37,713 nucleotides of DNA. It comes from a virus (taxonomy: Duplodnaviria; Heunggongvirae; Uroviricota; Caudoviricetes). Shown in pieces: positions 27,881 to 35,434 of the stretch (positions are counted from its first letter, which is position 1; every line of letters starts with the position of its first letter). The stretch lies in the IMG/VR virus record IMGVR_UViG_2802429240_000007; one strand, given 5' to 3'. Position numbers and translations under genes: made by a program. Below the pieces are notes generated by a model, which was not told the DNA's origin, made no database searches, and was given only the letters and a program-made list of their open reading frames with translations.

Positions 27881-28256
27881 CCCCTCCGCCGCGCAGTCTG
27901 GAAAACAGGCCGAACAGCGATGAAATTTCCTGTTGATAAAGAAAGGTCAGTATCTTGATGGATAACGCCGAGACACCGACCGCACACAATGCATCGAGCG
28001 GCTTGTCGTTGTAGTGGGTCAGCCACTGCATCAGTGACGCAGCCACGCCAGCCCCCAGAACGCCAACCACAAACGCGACGAGCAGGTGGATGGCCATTCG
28101 CCAGACCGGGATTTCTTTCTGCTGCGTGACAACAAAAAGCGCCCCGGCAAACGCGCCCACCACGACCCCGAAATCGGTATTGGTGAGAAGGCCAAACACA
28201 CTGGCACCACCGATGGTGACTGCCACAGCTCCGCCGCCTGATAAGGGTTCAGACAT
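27864..28256 (-). CDS. Membrane protein, holin candidate
   Basis: About 130 aa from the ATG at 28256 (MSEPLSGGG...), preceded by CAGGAGAAACTC; several TM segments; Gly-rich C-terminus. Confidence 0.45.
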   Translation of the reverse strand: MSEPLSGGGAVAVTIGGASVFGLLTNTDFGVVVGAFAGALFVVTQQKEIPVWRMAIHLLVAFVVGVLGAGVAASLMQWLTHYNDKPLDALCAVGVSALSIKILTFLYQQEISSLFGLFSRLRGGGGGNGK

Positions 28257-28392
28257 GAGTTTCTCCTGTAAATCTGAGCCACTGACGGCCCGTAAATAAC
28301 ACCCTGTCAAAGGCACAAAAGCCTTTTGCAGGGCGCTATCCCTTAAGGTGCCTTGTGGTCTGAGTGGACAGGGTAAACGGTCTGGTGTGGTG

Positions 28393-28418
28393 GGTACTGC
28401 TGGGGGTGTTCAGCACCC
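28393..28418 (-). promoter_or_regulatory. Conserved late-operon motif, copy 1 (plus-strand GGTACTGCTGGGGGTGTTCAGCACCC); candidate lysis promoter
   Basis: Intergenic between the Mor-region genes and the lysis cassette, about 140 nt upstream of the holin start. Confidence 0.45.
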
Positions 28419-28438
28419 CGCAGCGGCGGGGTGATAAA

Positions 28439-28750
28439 TCAGAAGCGGGAAAGGGAATCCGGCGTAATAAGAGATTTATTACAAAGCGGAGCAGAGGCGT
28501 TCGCCTTTTCCATAGCTGCGCGCATCTCGTTTTCACTGGCGATGATGTCAGCAATGGCACACTGCAACGCTTCTTCCTGAACAACCATATCCGGTTGTTC
28601 AGCCATTCGGTTTAGCTGGCTGGCCAGATTTTTCATATAAGCGAAGCGGCGTCCGGCAGCATCCCGGGCCTGCTCTGAGTAGGCCGTATACTCGCCAAGT
28701 GCCGTATAGTTGGTCATAAGTGTCTCCTTTTTCTGAGGCCTATTAATCAA
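28439..28750 (-). CDS. Hypothetical protein in the Mu C (late activator) position
   Basis: 103-aa ORF (possibly starting at MTNYTALGEY); no helix-turn-helix obvious by eye. Confidence 0.4.
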   Translation of the reverse strand: MINRPQKKETLMTNYTALGEYTAYSEQARDAAGRRFAYMKNLASQLNRMAEQPDMVVQEEALQCAIADIIASENEMRAAMEKANASAPLCNKSLITPDSLSRF

Positions 28751-29210
28751 AAAGCCCCACCTGGGTGGGGCTTTTCAGCGAAGTCTGTTTTTGTCGTCGG
28801 TGTATCAGTTGCCATGCGTACCGATCTGAAATCCCGTAACGGGGACAGAGCAGTGCCAGCGCCTGCCGGTGTGAGCATCCGTCTTTTACATGCTGCTGTA
28901 AATCAGCCATAAAACGGGTGTTACGCAAGGCACGTAACGCATGATCACAACGGGGAATGTAAAACGGTGCACCGCCAAGAAAGCGGATCAGTTTGTTGAT
29001 TTCGTCTTCGGTCAGCACGTCATGTAACAGGGCATGGACACCGCCGGTGCGTCCGGCGTGTGCGCCGGTTTTACCGCTTAACGTCACGCCACCAAAAGAA
29101 CGAATCAACCGGGTCAGGGCGGGGAAGCCAATCACGCTAATCAGTTGCTGCACGGAATCGGGCAGCAGTGCCTGCGCATCGCGAAGATCTGTTTCACTGA
29201 AGGTCTGCAT
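28743..29210 (-). CDS. mor: Mor/C-family transcription activator
   Basis: 155 aa; C-terminal HTH-like segment (RYGISDRYAWQLI); directly downstream of the GemA-like gene as in Mu. Confidence 0.75.
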   Translation of the reverse strand: MQTFSETDLRDAQALLPDSVQQLISVIGFPALTRLIRSFGGVTLSGKTGAHAGRTGGVHALLHDVLTEDEINKLIRFLGGAPFYIPRCDHALRALRNTRFMADLQQHVKDGCSHRQALALLCPRYGISDRYAWQLIHRRQKQTSLKSPTQVGLFD

Positions 29211-29305
29211 GATGGCGTCTCCGGTAGTAACTTACTGTTATTATAGCCATACATGATCGCCTGTACAGACCACAAAAAAGCCCCTGCAAGGCAGGGGCTG
29301 ATTCT

Positions 29306-29719
29306 TTATTGTTTACGTGCTGCTCTGGCTCGTTTTCTGGCGTCTTTTGTCAGCGCCACCATCACCCCGAACAGTTGATCATCTGTCAGCCATTCGATCA
29401 CATGTTGCTTATACATGTGAGATGCCAGTCCTTCCGCATATGCCCAGGAACGACCGGCATCAGCCAGCAACGCTTCAATTTTGGATAATACCGATTTTCT
29501 GCTCATTGCCACACGGGGGCGGCGACCTTTACCGGCGGGGGCTTTACGCGGAAATCCCTGTTCGTGCATGTATTCCCGGATGATGCGCAGTTCATCGAGG
29601 TTGCAGCGTGTGGTGCTGGTTTTACCGGTCAGTCGGGCCAGCGTCTGGCGATAAAGGGCATCATCCCACCCCAGATACGCCTGACCGGCTTTAATGGCCC
29701 CGATCATCTTTTTCAGCAT
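29306..29719 (-). CDS. gemA: GemA-like regulatory protein
   Basis: Start taken at the MLKKMIGAIKAGQ ATG (29719); character of the GemA family; precedes mor. Confidence 0.65.
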   Translation of the reverse strand: MLKKMIGAIKAGQAYLGWDDALYRQTLARLTGKTSTTRCNLDELRIIREYMHEQGFPRKAPAGKGRRPRVAMSRKSVLSKIEALLADAGRSWAYAEGLASHMYKQHVIEWLTDDQLFGVMVALTKDARKRARAARKQ

Positions 29720-30005
29720 GTTTGTTATCCTCAAAACGCACGGTAAAACGTGAAACGCCAATCCCTGACAGGAACGCGGCGGCACGGTCAAGAGACAGCC
29801 ACGTCTTGTAATCGCCACGGCGTTCCTGTAGAAAATAGGACACCCCGGCGTGGCGATTCACAGCGAAGAGGTGATACACACCACCGAACCGCTGCACGAC
29901 GAACTCATCCACGCCACCGCTTTCAGCCTGTTGCCTGAAAGCTGCCATTCCGATTTGTTCAATCTTCATAATGACCAAAACACTACTTTTGGCAGACCAA
30001 AACAT
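29691..30005 (-). CDS. Hypothetical early protein
   Basis: 104-aa ORF whose 3' end overlaps the gemA start. Confidence 0.35.
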   Translation of the reverse strand: MFWSAKSSVLVIMKIEQIGMAAFRQQAESGGVDEFVVQRFGGVYHLFAVNRHAGVSYFLQERRGDYKTWLSLDRAAAFLSGIGVSRFTVRFEDNKHAEKDDRGH

Positions 30006-30049
30006 ATGTTTTGGTCTGCGCTTGATTGTTATTTGCTCAATGCGGTGAA

Positions 30050-30301
30050 TTATTTATCACCATCACCGAGCGTCACTTCATGACAGGATGGCGTGCCATT
30101 TTTCCCCGCAGAGCAATAAATAAACTTATCCCCGCTGGTCATGGTGGCGCTTCCATCATCACAATGCGTAATGGTTTTGATTAAATTTCTCCTTACCACG
30201 CAATGCCCACTTTCCGCATCATCAGAAGCCTTGTTAGTTGTCACACAAAGCGCAATACCCGTAACAATCAGAGCGATAATAAAAAGGTCAGCCCATCTCA
30301 T
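30050..30301 (-). CDS. Cys-rich putative lipoprotein (84 aa)
   Basis: Start MRWADLFIIALIVTGIALC, with a lipobox-like IALC; mature part has 5 further cysteines. Confidence 0.45.
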   Translation of the reverse strand: MRWADLFIIALIVTGIALCVTTNKASDDAESGHCVVRRNLIKTITHCDDGSATMTSGDKFIYCSAGKNGTPSCHEVTLGDGDK

Positions 30302-30400
30302 ATTTTCACCCCGCGTTATCAGGAACGTCGATTTCAACCGTTACGGTGATAGTTTTCATCGAGTTGTTACTCCGTGATTCAGAAAATTCCATACCGAGCC

Positions 30401-30811
30401 TCAGTATGTAAAATAGACAGTTGCCACGCCGTTATAGTGATCAAACGATACGGCGTTTACTTCATAGCTGGCCGGGAGCTTCGAGCCGAGAACGTATCCG
30501 GGCCACGTTTTCCATGGAATTTCTCTGCTCTCACCATCGCCATATACCGTACATCCCAGTGAGCCTACAGCTTCAGAAGAACGCTTACCGCACGTTATGA
30601 ACCCCAGATTTTGCTTACTGTCCTTAACAGAAATCGGGAGAGCACTGGCTGATGCATTAGCAGCACGCTGTGCCTGTTGGTTTGCGATATTCGCAGAGTT
30701 CGCAGCAGCTGCGGCAGCAGTGGTCGCAGCAGTAGATGCCACAATAACTGCTGAAGCCTGCGCCTGTTGGGTAATGGTCAGCAATGCCGCCACAAAAATC
30801 ATTTTCTTCAC
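30401..30811 (-). CDS. Secreted protein with Ala-rich linker (136 aa)
   Basis: Signal peptide MKKMIFVAALLTITQQAQA; AGGAGG RBS 6 nt before the GTG at 30811; low-complexity Ala/Thr/Asn segment then a ~80-aa C-terminal domain with 2 Cys. Confidence 0.5.
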   Translation of the reverse strand: MKKMIFVAALLTITQQAQASAVIVASTAATTAAAAAANSANIANQQAQRAANASASALPISVKDSKQNLGFITCGKRSSEAVGSLGCTVYGDGESREIPWKTWPGYVLGSKLPASYEVNAVSFDHYNGVATVYFTY

Positions 30812-30823
30812 CTGGTACCTCCT

Positions 30824-31003
30824 TTACATACCGTGATTTTTCCAGCGGTTTTGTGCTGCACTTCTACGTCGCCCGGCACCGTAAAAATGCGTTGGTAACC
30901 ATCGTGCAAGGCCAGAAGGCGCATAACGAATAACAAGCCGATTTGAGATACGGATAAGCTGCCCGGGTTTTGCTATCAGCAGTCTTGCTTTACGGTTTTT
31001 CAT
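30824..31003 (-). CDS. Small basic protein B (59 aa), paralogue of A
   Basis: MKNRKARLLIAKPGQLIRISNRLVIRYAPSGLARWLPTHFYGAGRRRSAAQNRWKNHGM; ATG overlaps the stop of ORF A (ATGA); below the 60-aa cutoff of the ORF track. Confidence 0.35.
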   Translation of the reverse strand: MKNRKARLLIAKPGQLIRISNRLVIRYAPSGLARWLPTHFYGAGRRRSAAQNRWKNHGM

Positions 31004-31176
31004 CGTACTGCATACCCTTTCTTCCGCCTGTTCTGTGACGCGCTAGGCTTACGCTTTGCGGCAAAAGCCACCTGACCAAATGGATGGAGCACCGCTATCT
31101 TATGGTTGCTGATAACCAGCTCCACCACACGCACAGGTCGCTGTAAAAAAAGTCGTTTTGCTTTACGGTTTTTCAT
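31000..31176 (-). CDS. Small basic protein A (58 aa), paralogue of B
   Basis: MKNRKAKRLFLQRPVRVVELVISNHKIAVLHPFGQVAFAAKRKPSASQNRRKKGYAVR; AGGAGA RBS 8 nt upstream; first 22 nt identical to ORF B. Confidence 0.35.
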   Translation of the reverse strand: MKNRKAKRLFLQRPVRVVELVISNHKIAVLHPFGQVAFAAKRKPSASQNRRKKGYAVR

Positions 31177-31180
31177 CGTT

Positions 31181-31369
31181 TCATTCTCCTGTATTTACTA
31201 CTGACTCTGCACTGTCAGCCCTGCGGCGCTCCTGAAGTTCCAGCATTGCGGCCCGGAAATCCTGCCACCATTCCTCATCGGCAACGGGGGTGTTCCGCTC
31301 CAGCACCTTGTCCGCATCGGCAATCAGTCTGGTCAGGCTCTTATCGCTTATTCTGGTTTGCTGGTTCAC
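31181..31369 (-). CDS. Hypothetical small early protein
   Basis: 62-aa ORF, coupled to the upstream gene. Confidence 0.4.
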   Translation of the reverse strand: MNQQTRISDKSLTRLIADADKVLERNTPVADEEWWQDFRAAMLELQERRRADSAESVVNTGE

Positions 31370-31590
31370 TGCGTCGCCTCCTGTTTTGCCACTTTAAACG
31401 CCCGTAACATCGGGACCGTTTTACCGGTGATGACGGTTATCATTAAAATGCCGCCACTGCTTTCGTGTATCGCGTCAGGAGCCACAAACAAAGCCGCATC
31501 CACAACCCGCCAGTAACGGCGAAATTCCCAGAACCAGCAGGAGATAGTGATAACTGCGGTACCATTGCGTTCATAAAACTCAATATTCAT
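31366..31590 (-). CDS. Hypothetical small early protein
   Basis: 74-aa ORF in the early-operon array. Confidence 0.4.
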   Translation of the reverse strand: MNIEFYERNGTAVITISCWFWEFRRYWRVVDAALFVAPDAIHESSGGILMITVITGKTVPMLRAFKVAKQEATQ

Positions 31591-31814
31591 TTACAGTTAA
31601 ACCTCCTTTTATGACGCTCTACGGCGGCTTTCATGGCGTTGTGCACAGTTCTTTTAATAATCCGGCGTCCTGCACTGTCATAGAACCGCCACCGGGAAGC
31701 ACCTGGATATCCGGGGAACTCAACCGCCGCGCTACCGTCATTCATCCTGTATTCGTGGCGTTCTCCGGGCGGCTGGTATATTGCTTCGGTAACACTGAGA
31801 AGTTTAAAAGCCAT
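31587..31814 (-). CDS. Hypothetical small early protein
   Basis: 75-aa ORF in the early-operon array. Confidence 0.4.
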   Translation of the reverse strand: MAFKLLSVTEAIYQPPGERHEYRMNDGSAAVEFPGYPGASRWRFYDSAGRRIIKRTVHNAMKAAVERHKRRFNCK

Positions 31815-31816
31815 CG

Positions 31817-32527
31817 TTACACCCTCCCCAGTGCCAGCGTTTTGTTGCTCTGACCATTAACCCCCTGATGCAGCCTGGCGTTTTTCCCGGCGATAAAACC
31901 GGCAGTAGCGGCAAACTCTGCACCCCGGCACGCTTTAGCTGTGCGCATATCCCCGTCGCGCAGCCCTTTAGTGCTGTGCAGGTTCTTTCTGTAAAGCTCA
32001 AGGAGGTTTCTTTCTTCCGGTGAGACGTCATACACTGCAATTACTTTTCGCGCTCCGAATACCCAGCCTTCACAGAACTGGTCGCCACGGGCTACCCGCG
32101 TGGACGGGCCGCAACGTTTGCAGTGTTTATCCTGATATTTCTTGCGCTCTGCCATCATCTGACGGGAAAGCACATCAAACGCGTAAGCCGCGATTTCCGG
32201 GCGGCTGTCAGGGCCATAAAAACGCACGTAACGTTTGAGTGAACCAGAGGCCCGGTACTCACCGGAGATATAACACTTAACACCGAAGGCATTGCAGACC
32301 AGACCACACAGAACGTGCATATAACGCGGCGGCGTACTGGCATCACTCGGCGCACCCGCGCTTGCCGCTTCCTGAATGTCGAACAATTCAGCGCAGTTTT
32401 CGCTGATACCATGCTGGCGCATATAAGCCTGGGCTTTTGCAATAGCGTTAGCGGCTTCTTCCGGGCTTGATGTCCCTCTGGCAAGGCGCAACAGTTTTTT
32501 GATTTTGGCAATGTATTTATCTTTCAT
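31817..32527 (-). CDS. DUF2786-like phage protein with Cys-rich C-terminal half
   Basis: 236 aa; N-terminus KIKKLLRLARGTSSPEEAANAIAKAQ is typical of that family; C-terminal region has CxxC-type cysteines. Confidence 0.55.
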   Translation of the reverse strand: MKDKYIAKIKKLLRLARGTSSPEEAANAIAKAQAYMRQHGISENCAELFDIQEAASAGAPSDASTPPRYMHVLCGLVCNAFGVKCYISGEYRASGSLKRYVRFYGPDSRPEIAAYAFDVLSRQMMAERKKYQDKHCKRCGPSTRVARGDQFCEGWVFGARKVIAVYDVSPEERNLLELYRKNLHSTKGLRDGDMRTAKACRGAEFAATAGFIAGKNARLHQGVNGQSNKTLALGRV

Positions 32528-32615
32528 GGTTGTAACTCATTGTTTTTGATCAACTTATAACCGCAAGACACTTGTCATAATCGCTGCCCCAACATGCCCA
32601 ATCAGGAGTTAAAAA

Positions 32616-32834
32616 ATGATTGATGATGAAATTGCGGCAGCAATTACTGCTAACAAAGCTGCGTGGAGCTTTCTGGTTAAACAGCTTTCAGAAAATGGCT
32701 GTCTGAACCTCAGCGCCCTGGATTCTGAATTACGCAACTTCCAGCACGGCCTTCAGGAACGTGGGGAGTTCGTTCTGGCTGCGGCGCTGGATGAACATCT
32801 GCTGTCGATTGAGAACTGGTCGCAAGACGATTAA
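32616..32834 (+). CDS. Small acidic protein (72 aa), antisense to the early operon
   Basis: ATG preceded by CAGGAG 7 nt upstream; followed by terminator-like hairpins; the only plus-strand gene with an RBS inside the prophage. Confidence 0.5.
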   Translation: MIDDEIAAAITANKAAWSFLVKQLSENGCLNLSALDSELRNFQHGLQERGEFVLAAALDEHLLSIENWSQDD

Positions 32835-32913
32835 AACAAACGATTGTCAGATTAATTTCGCGGGCGAATTTTTTTTGCTTGGCGATATTCATAAATAAAC
32901 TTCCTCAGATTCA

Positions 32914-32950
32914 GGCGTAAGCCAGCCCCGGCGGGTTTACGCCTGTTTTA
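32914..32950 (+). terminator. Rho-independent terminator after the antisense small gene
   Basis: GGCGTAA ... TTACGCC stem with GC-rich interior, followed by TGTTTT; a weaker hairpin plus T8 tract at about 32855-32878. Confidence 0.5.
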
Positions 32951-32974
32951 AATAACAATTAAAATTGAATTAAA

Positions 32975-33166
32975 TTAATGCGCTGCTTTCAGTGTTTCGA
33001 CTTTAACGAAATAAGGCTCGACATTAATTTCAACCACACAACCACATTTAAAATCTCTGGCAGGTGAAACGGTTTTCACCACCCGACCACCACGCACCGC
33101 CTGATGTGCAATGTGCATGAAACGAGTACCAGGCGGATATAACTGATTAAAGCGTTTCGCGTTCAT
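32975..33166 (-). CDS. Hypothetical small early protein
   Basis: 63-aa ORF in the early operon. Confidence 0.4.
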   Translation of the reverse strand: MNAKRFNQLYPPGTRFMHIAHQAVRGGRVVKTVSPARDFKCGCVVEINVEPYFVKVETLKAAH

Positions 33167-33380
33167 GAATCGGCTTCCATCCTTTCAGGTGAGCATTAGC
33201 ACAGAACGCTGCCCGGTGTTCCGCCCAGATGCGGCGCAGGGTGCTACACGGGCTTTGTGCTGCCTTACGCCACAGCTTTTCAGCCTCAGCATAATCGCCG
33301 CGTTGTTCTGCTCTGGACGCGCCCAGCGAATACGCTGCGCAACGGTTCCCGGCCCTGTACTCTTTGATATCCTGATGCAT
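33147..33380 (-). CDS. Small early protein, possibly ANR-family regulator
   Basis: Start at the MHQDIKEYRAGN ATG (33380), just after the upstream stop; family assignment from memory and uncertain. Confidence 0.35.
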   Translation of the reverse strand: MHQDIKEYRAGNRCAAYSLGASRAEQRGDYAEAEKLWRKAAQSPCSTLRRIWAEHRAAFCANAHLKGWKPIHERETL

Positions 33381-33381
33381 G

Positions 33382-34026
33382 TTAGACCCCTGCAATATCA
33401 AGCGGGATTGCGCGGTATTCAGCAGAATCACCGACGCGCTCATACACGCGGATATAGCTTCTGCTGCCAATTACCTGGACGGCTTCACCAATCAGCGTCA
33501 TGGCGTTATTCCAGCGTTCGTCCTCAATTTCGAGGCGACGCAGAGCCAGAACGCGCCCGGTGTTAATGTTGCCTTCCTTGTCCGTGCTGAATGCCTCACT
33601 GATGATGGCTTTGATTTCTGGGCGTGCACCTTCCGTCCAGTCAGCCAGGCAGTCATCAATCAGTGCCTTCGCGGTCTGAATGCGTTCATCAAGCGCAATA
33701 CGGTCCTGCATGGCGCGCTGAATCTTGTAACGCCCGTCAAAGCTGTAAAGCGTGATATTCCCTTTTTTACCGCCTTTCACAGCGCCGTATTTCTCCGCTG
33801 ACAGGTCAATAAATGCCTGAATATCACCAAACGCACGCAGTTTCAGTTCACGCAGTGAGGCGGAGGCAGCAATCACCATCTCCACAAGCTCACCGACCAA
33901 CTGCTCACGGTCTCGGTCAATATCTTTGATAAGACTTTCAGGCGTCATCACACCACGGGCATCAACCCAGTAGCCTTCCTGCACTTTATTTTTTGTATAT
34001 TGCTTAACTTTATTTTCAGTCGTCAT
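33382..34026 (-). CDS. DUF3164-like Mu-type early protein
   Basis: 214 aa in the semi-essential early region. Confidence 0.5.
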   Translation of the reverse strand: MTTENKVKQYTKNKVQEGYWVDARGVMTPESLIKDIDRDREQLVGELVEMVIAASASLRELKLRAFGDIQAFIDLSAEKYGAVKGGKKGNITLYSFDGRYKIQRAMQDRIALDERIQTAKALIDDCLADWTEGARPEIKAIISEAFSTDKEGNINTGRVLALRRLEIEDERWNNAMTLIGEAVQVIGSRSYIRVYERVGDSAEYRAIPLDIAGV

Positions 34027-34055
34027 AATTAAATTACCTCAGTGATATTTACAGA

Positions 34056-34271
34056 TTAATTTGTGTTATGTGCGCGAGGCGCAACGTTTTCAGAAAAAAG
34101 ATTCACGCCGTTATAGTCATTTCTGAGCGTTTCCTTGATAACATCATGTAATCTTGTTGCCACCTGAAACTCCTTTTCGGAAGCTCCGTCCTCCGAATAA
34201 CTCCCCGTGGTCTGGGTTAAAACACAGCCTTTTTCATCGGTATAGATAATTACTTCTAACTTAACCGCCAT
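34056..34271 (-). CDS. Hypothetical small early protein
   Basis: 71-aa ORF downstream of B. Confidence 0.4.
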   Translation of the reverse strand: MAVKLEVIIYTDEKGCVLTQTTGSYSEDGASEKEFQVATRLHDVIKETLRNDYNGVNLFSENVAPRAHNTN

Positions 34272-34283
34272 TCTGATTTCCTC

Positions 34284-34523
34284 TCATTGCCATACGACGG
34301 TGCAGCCGTCGATACAGGACGTTTTCACCACGCGGCGCAGGCCGCTGAATGTCTGGATGATTTCCGTTACCGGCCATACAGGACCACCCACGGGCGGGCA
34401 GGCATAAACCACAGGTAAACGGTGATGCTGTCCCGTTACACGACCGCCAGTGGTGTGGATGGCCACACGGGCACGGGAACGGACGGCGTTAATGGTCTGC
34501 TTGTCCATCGTCTTGTTCTCCAT
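34284..34523 (-). CDS. Hypothetical small early protein
   Basis: 79-aa ORF; start overlaps the B stop. Confidence 0.4.
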   Translation of the reverse strand: MENKTMDKQTINAVRSRARVAIHTTGGRVTGQHHRLPVVYACPPVGGPVWPVTEIIQTFSGLRRVVKTSCIDGCTVVWQ

Positions 34524-35416
34524 CAGTGAATTAACATTTCTGCGAATTTATCAATGGCCTGCACACTGACCGGTGCATCGCTGATATCACAAATCCGGTA
34601 CACACCGCGCGCCAGTTTGAAGAGGCGGCGGGCATTACCCAGCGAGCGTGCGTAAAGCGCCTCGCTGATTTCCGGTTCTGCTGCTTCCGGCATCAACCCG
34701 GTAGCTATCTGGTTAAAATCTTCCTGCGACAACGTATCGCCCAGGTTAAGCGCCAGCGCCACACGGCTGTATAACTGGGCGAACTCACCACGACGCCCCT
34801 TAAGGTTAATCAGAAGACGAGGCATACCCGCCAGGACAACCCCGATACCCGCTTTGTCATGCAGACGACGCAGAACCTCCAGTGCGCGATAGGGGAGCAG
34901 TTCAGCCTCGTCCACCATCAGCAGGCGACCGGAATCACGCAGTTCGCGCACACAGGCATCTATCAGTTCGTGAATGTTGCCGCGAACCTTTACCCCCAGC
35001 TGGCGGCACAACTCCTCAAGCAGTGTTCTGGCTGTATAGCCCGGGTCAGCCTCAATCAGGACCGCATCCCGGTTTCTGGCGGCGTATTCACGCAGAATCA
35101 TTGTTTTGCCAAGACCTGCCGCGCCATACAGTACGCAGATTTCACATTCCAGGTGAGCATAGGCCAACACCTCCAGTCCTTTGGCAGCCATACCGGTGGC
35201 AACAAATTTCGCTTTAATACGGCGGCTGTTTTCCTTTTCCCGCTCACGGGTCACAAAGGCAGAAATGCGTTCTTCAATATCAGCCATATCGCCCTGATAT
35301 TTACCCTGTAAATACTGGTTGATAACGGCGCTGCTACGACCAATAGCACGGGCGACGTGGGTTTGCGTATAGCCGCGACGGGCCATTACGTCATTTAATT
35401 GCGTAATTAAACTCAT
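34523..35416 (-). CDS. DNA transposition ATPase (Mu B-like)
   Basis: 297 aa; N-terminal HTH-like segment; Walker A GAAGLGKT; Walker B-like LLMVDEAE. Confidence 0.85.
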   Translation of the reverse strand: MSLITQLNDVMARRGYTQTHVARAIGRSSAVINQYLQGKYQGDMADIEERISAFVTREREKENSRRIKAKFVATGMAAKGLEVLAYAHLECEICVLYGAAGLGKTMILREYAARNRDAVLIEADPGYTARTLLEELCRQLGVKVRGNIHELIDACVRELRDSGRLLMVDEAELLPYRALEVLRRLHDKAGIGVVLAGMPRLLINLKGRRGEFAQLYSRVALALNLGDTLSQEDFNQIATGLMPEAAEPEISEALYARSLGNARRLFKLARGVYRICDISDAPVSVQAIDKFAEMLIH

Positions 35417-35434
35417 AATTAAATACCTTTTAAA

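Noticed and set aside
30984-31180. Possible CRISPR-like or regulatory direct repeat (22-bp unit, two copies 173 bp apart)
   Set aside because: Only two copies, spacing far larger than CRISPR spacers, no cas genes; copies coincide with the start codons of two paralogous small ORFs.
32710-32892. 60-aa minus-strand ORF overlapping the plus-strand small gene and its terminator
   Set aside because: Overlaps a better-supported plus-strand gene with RBS and terminator; no RBS of its own.
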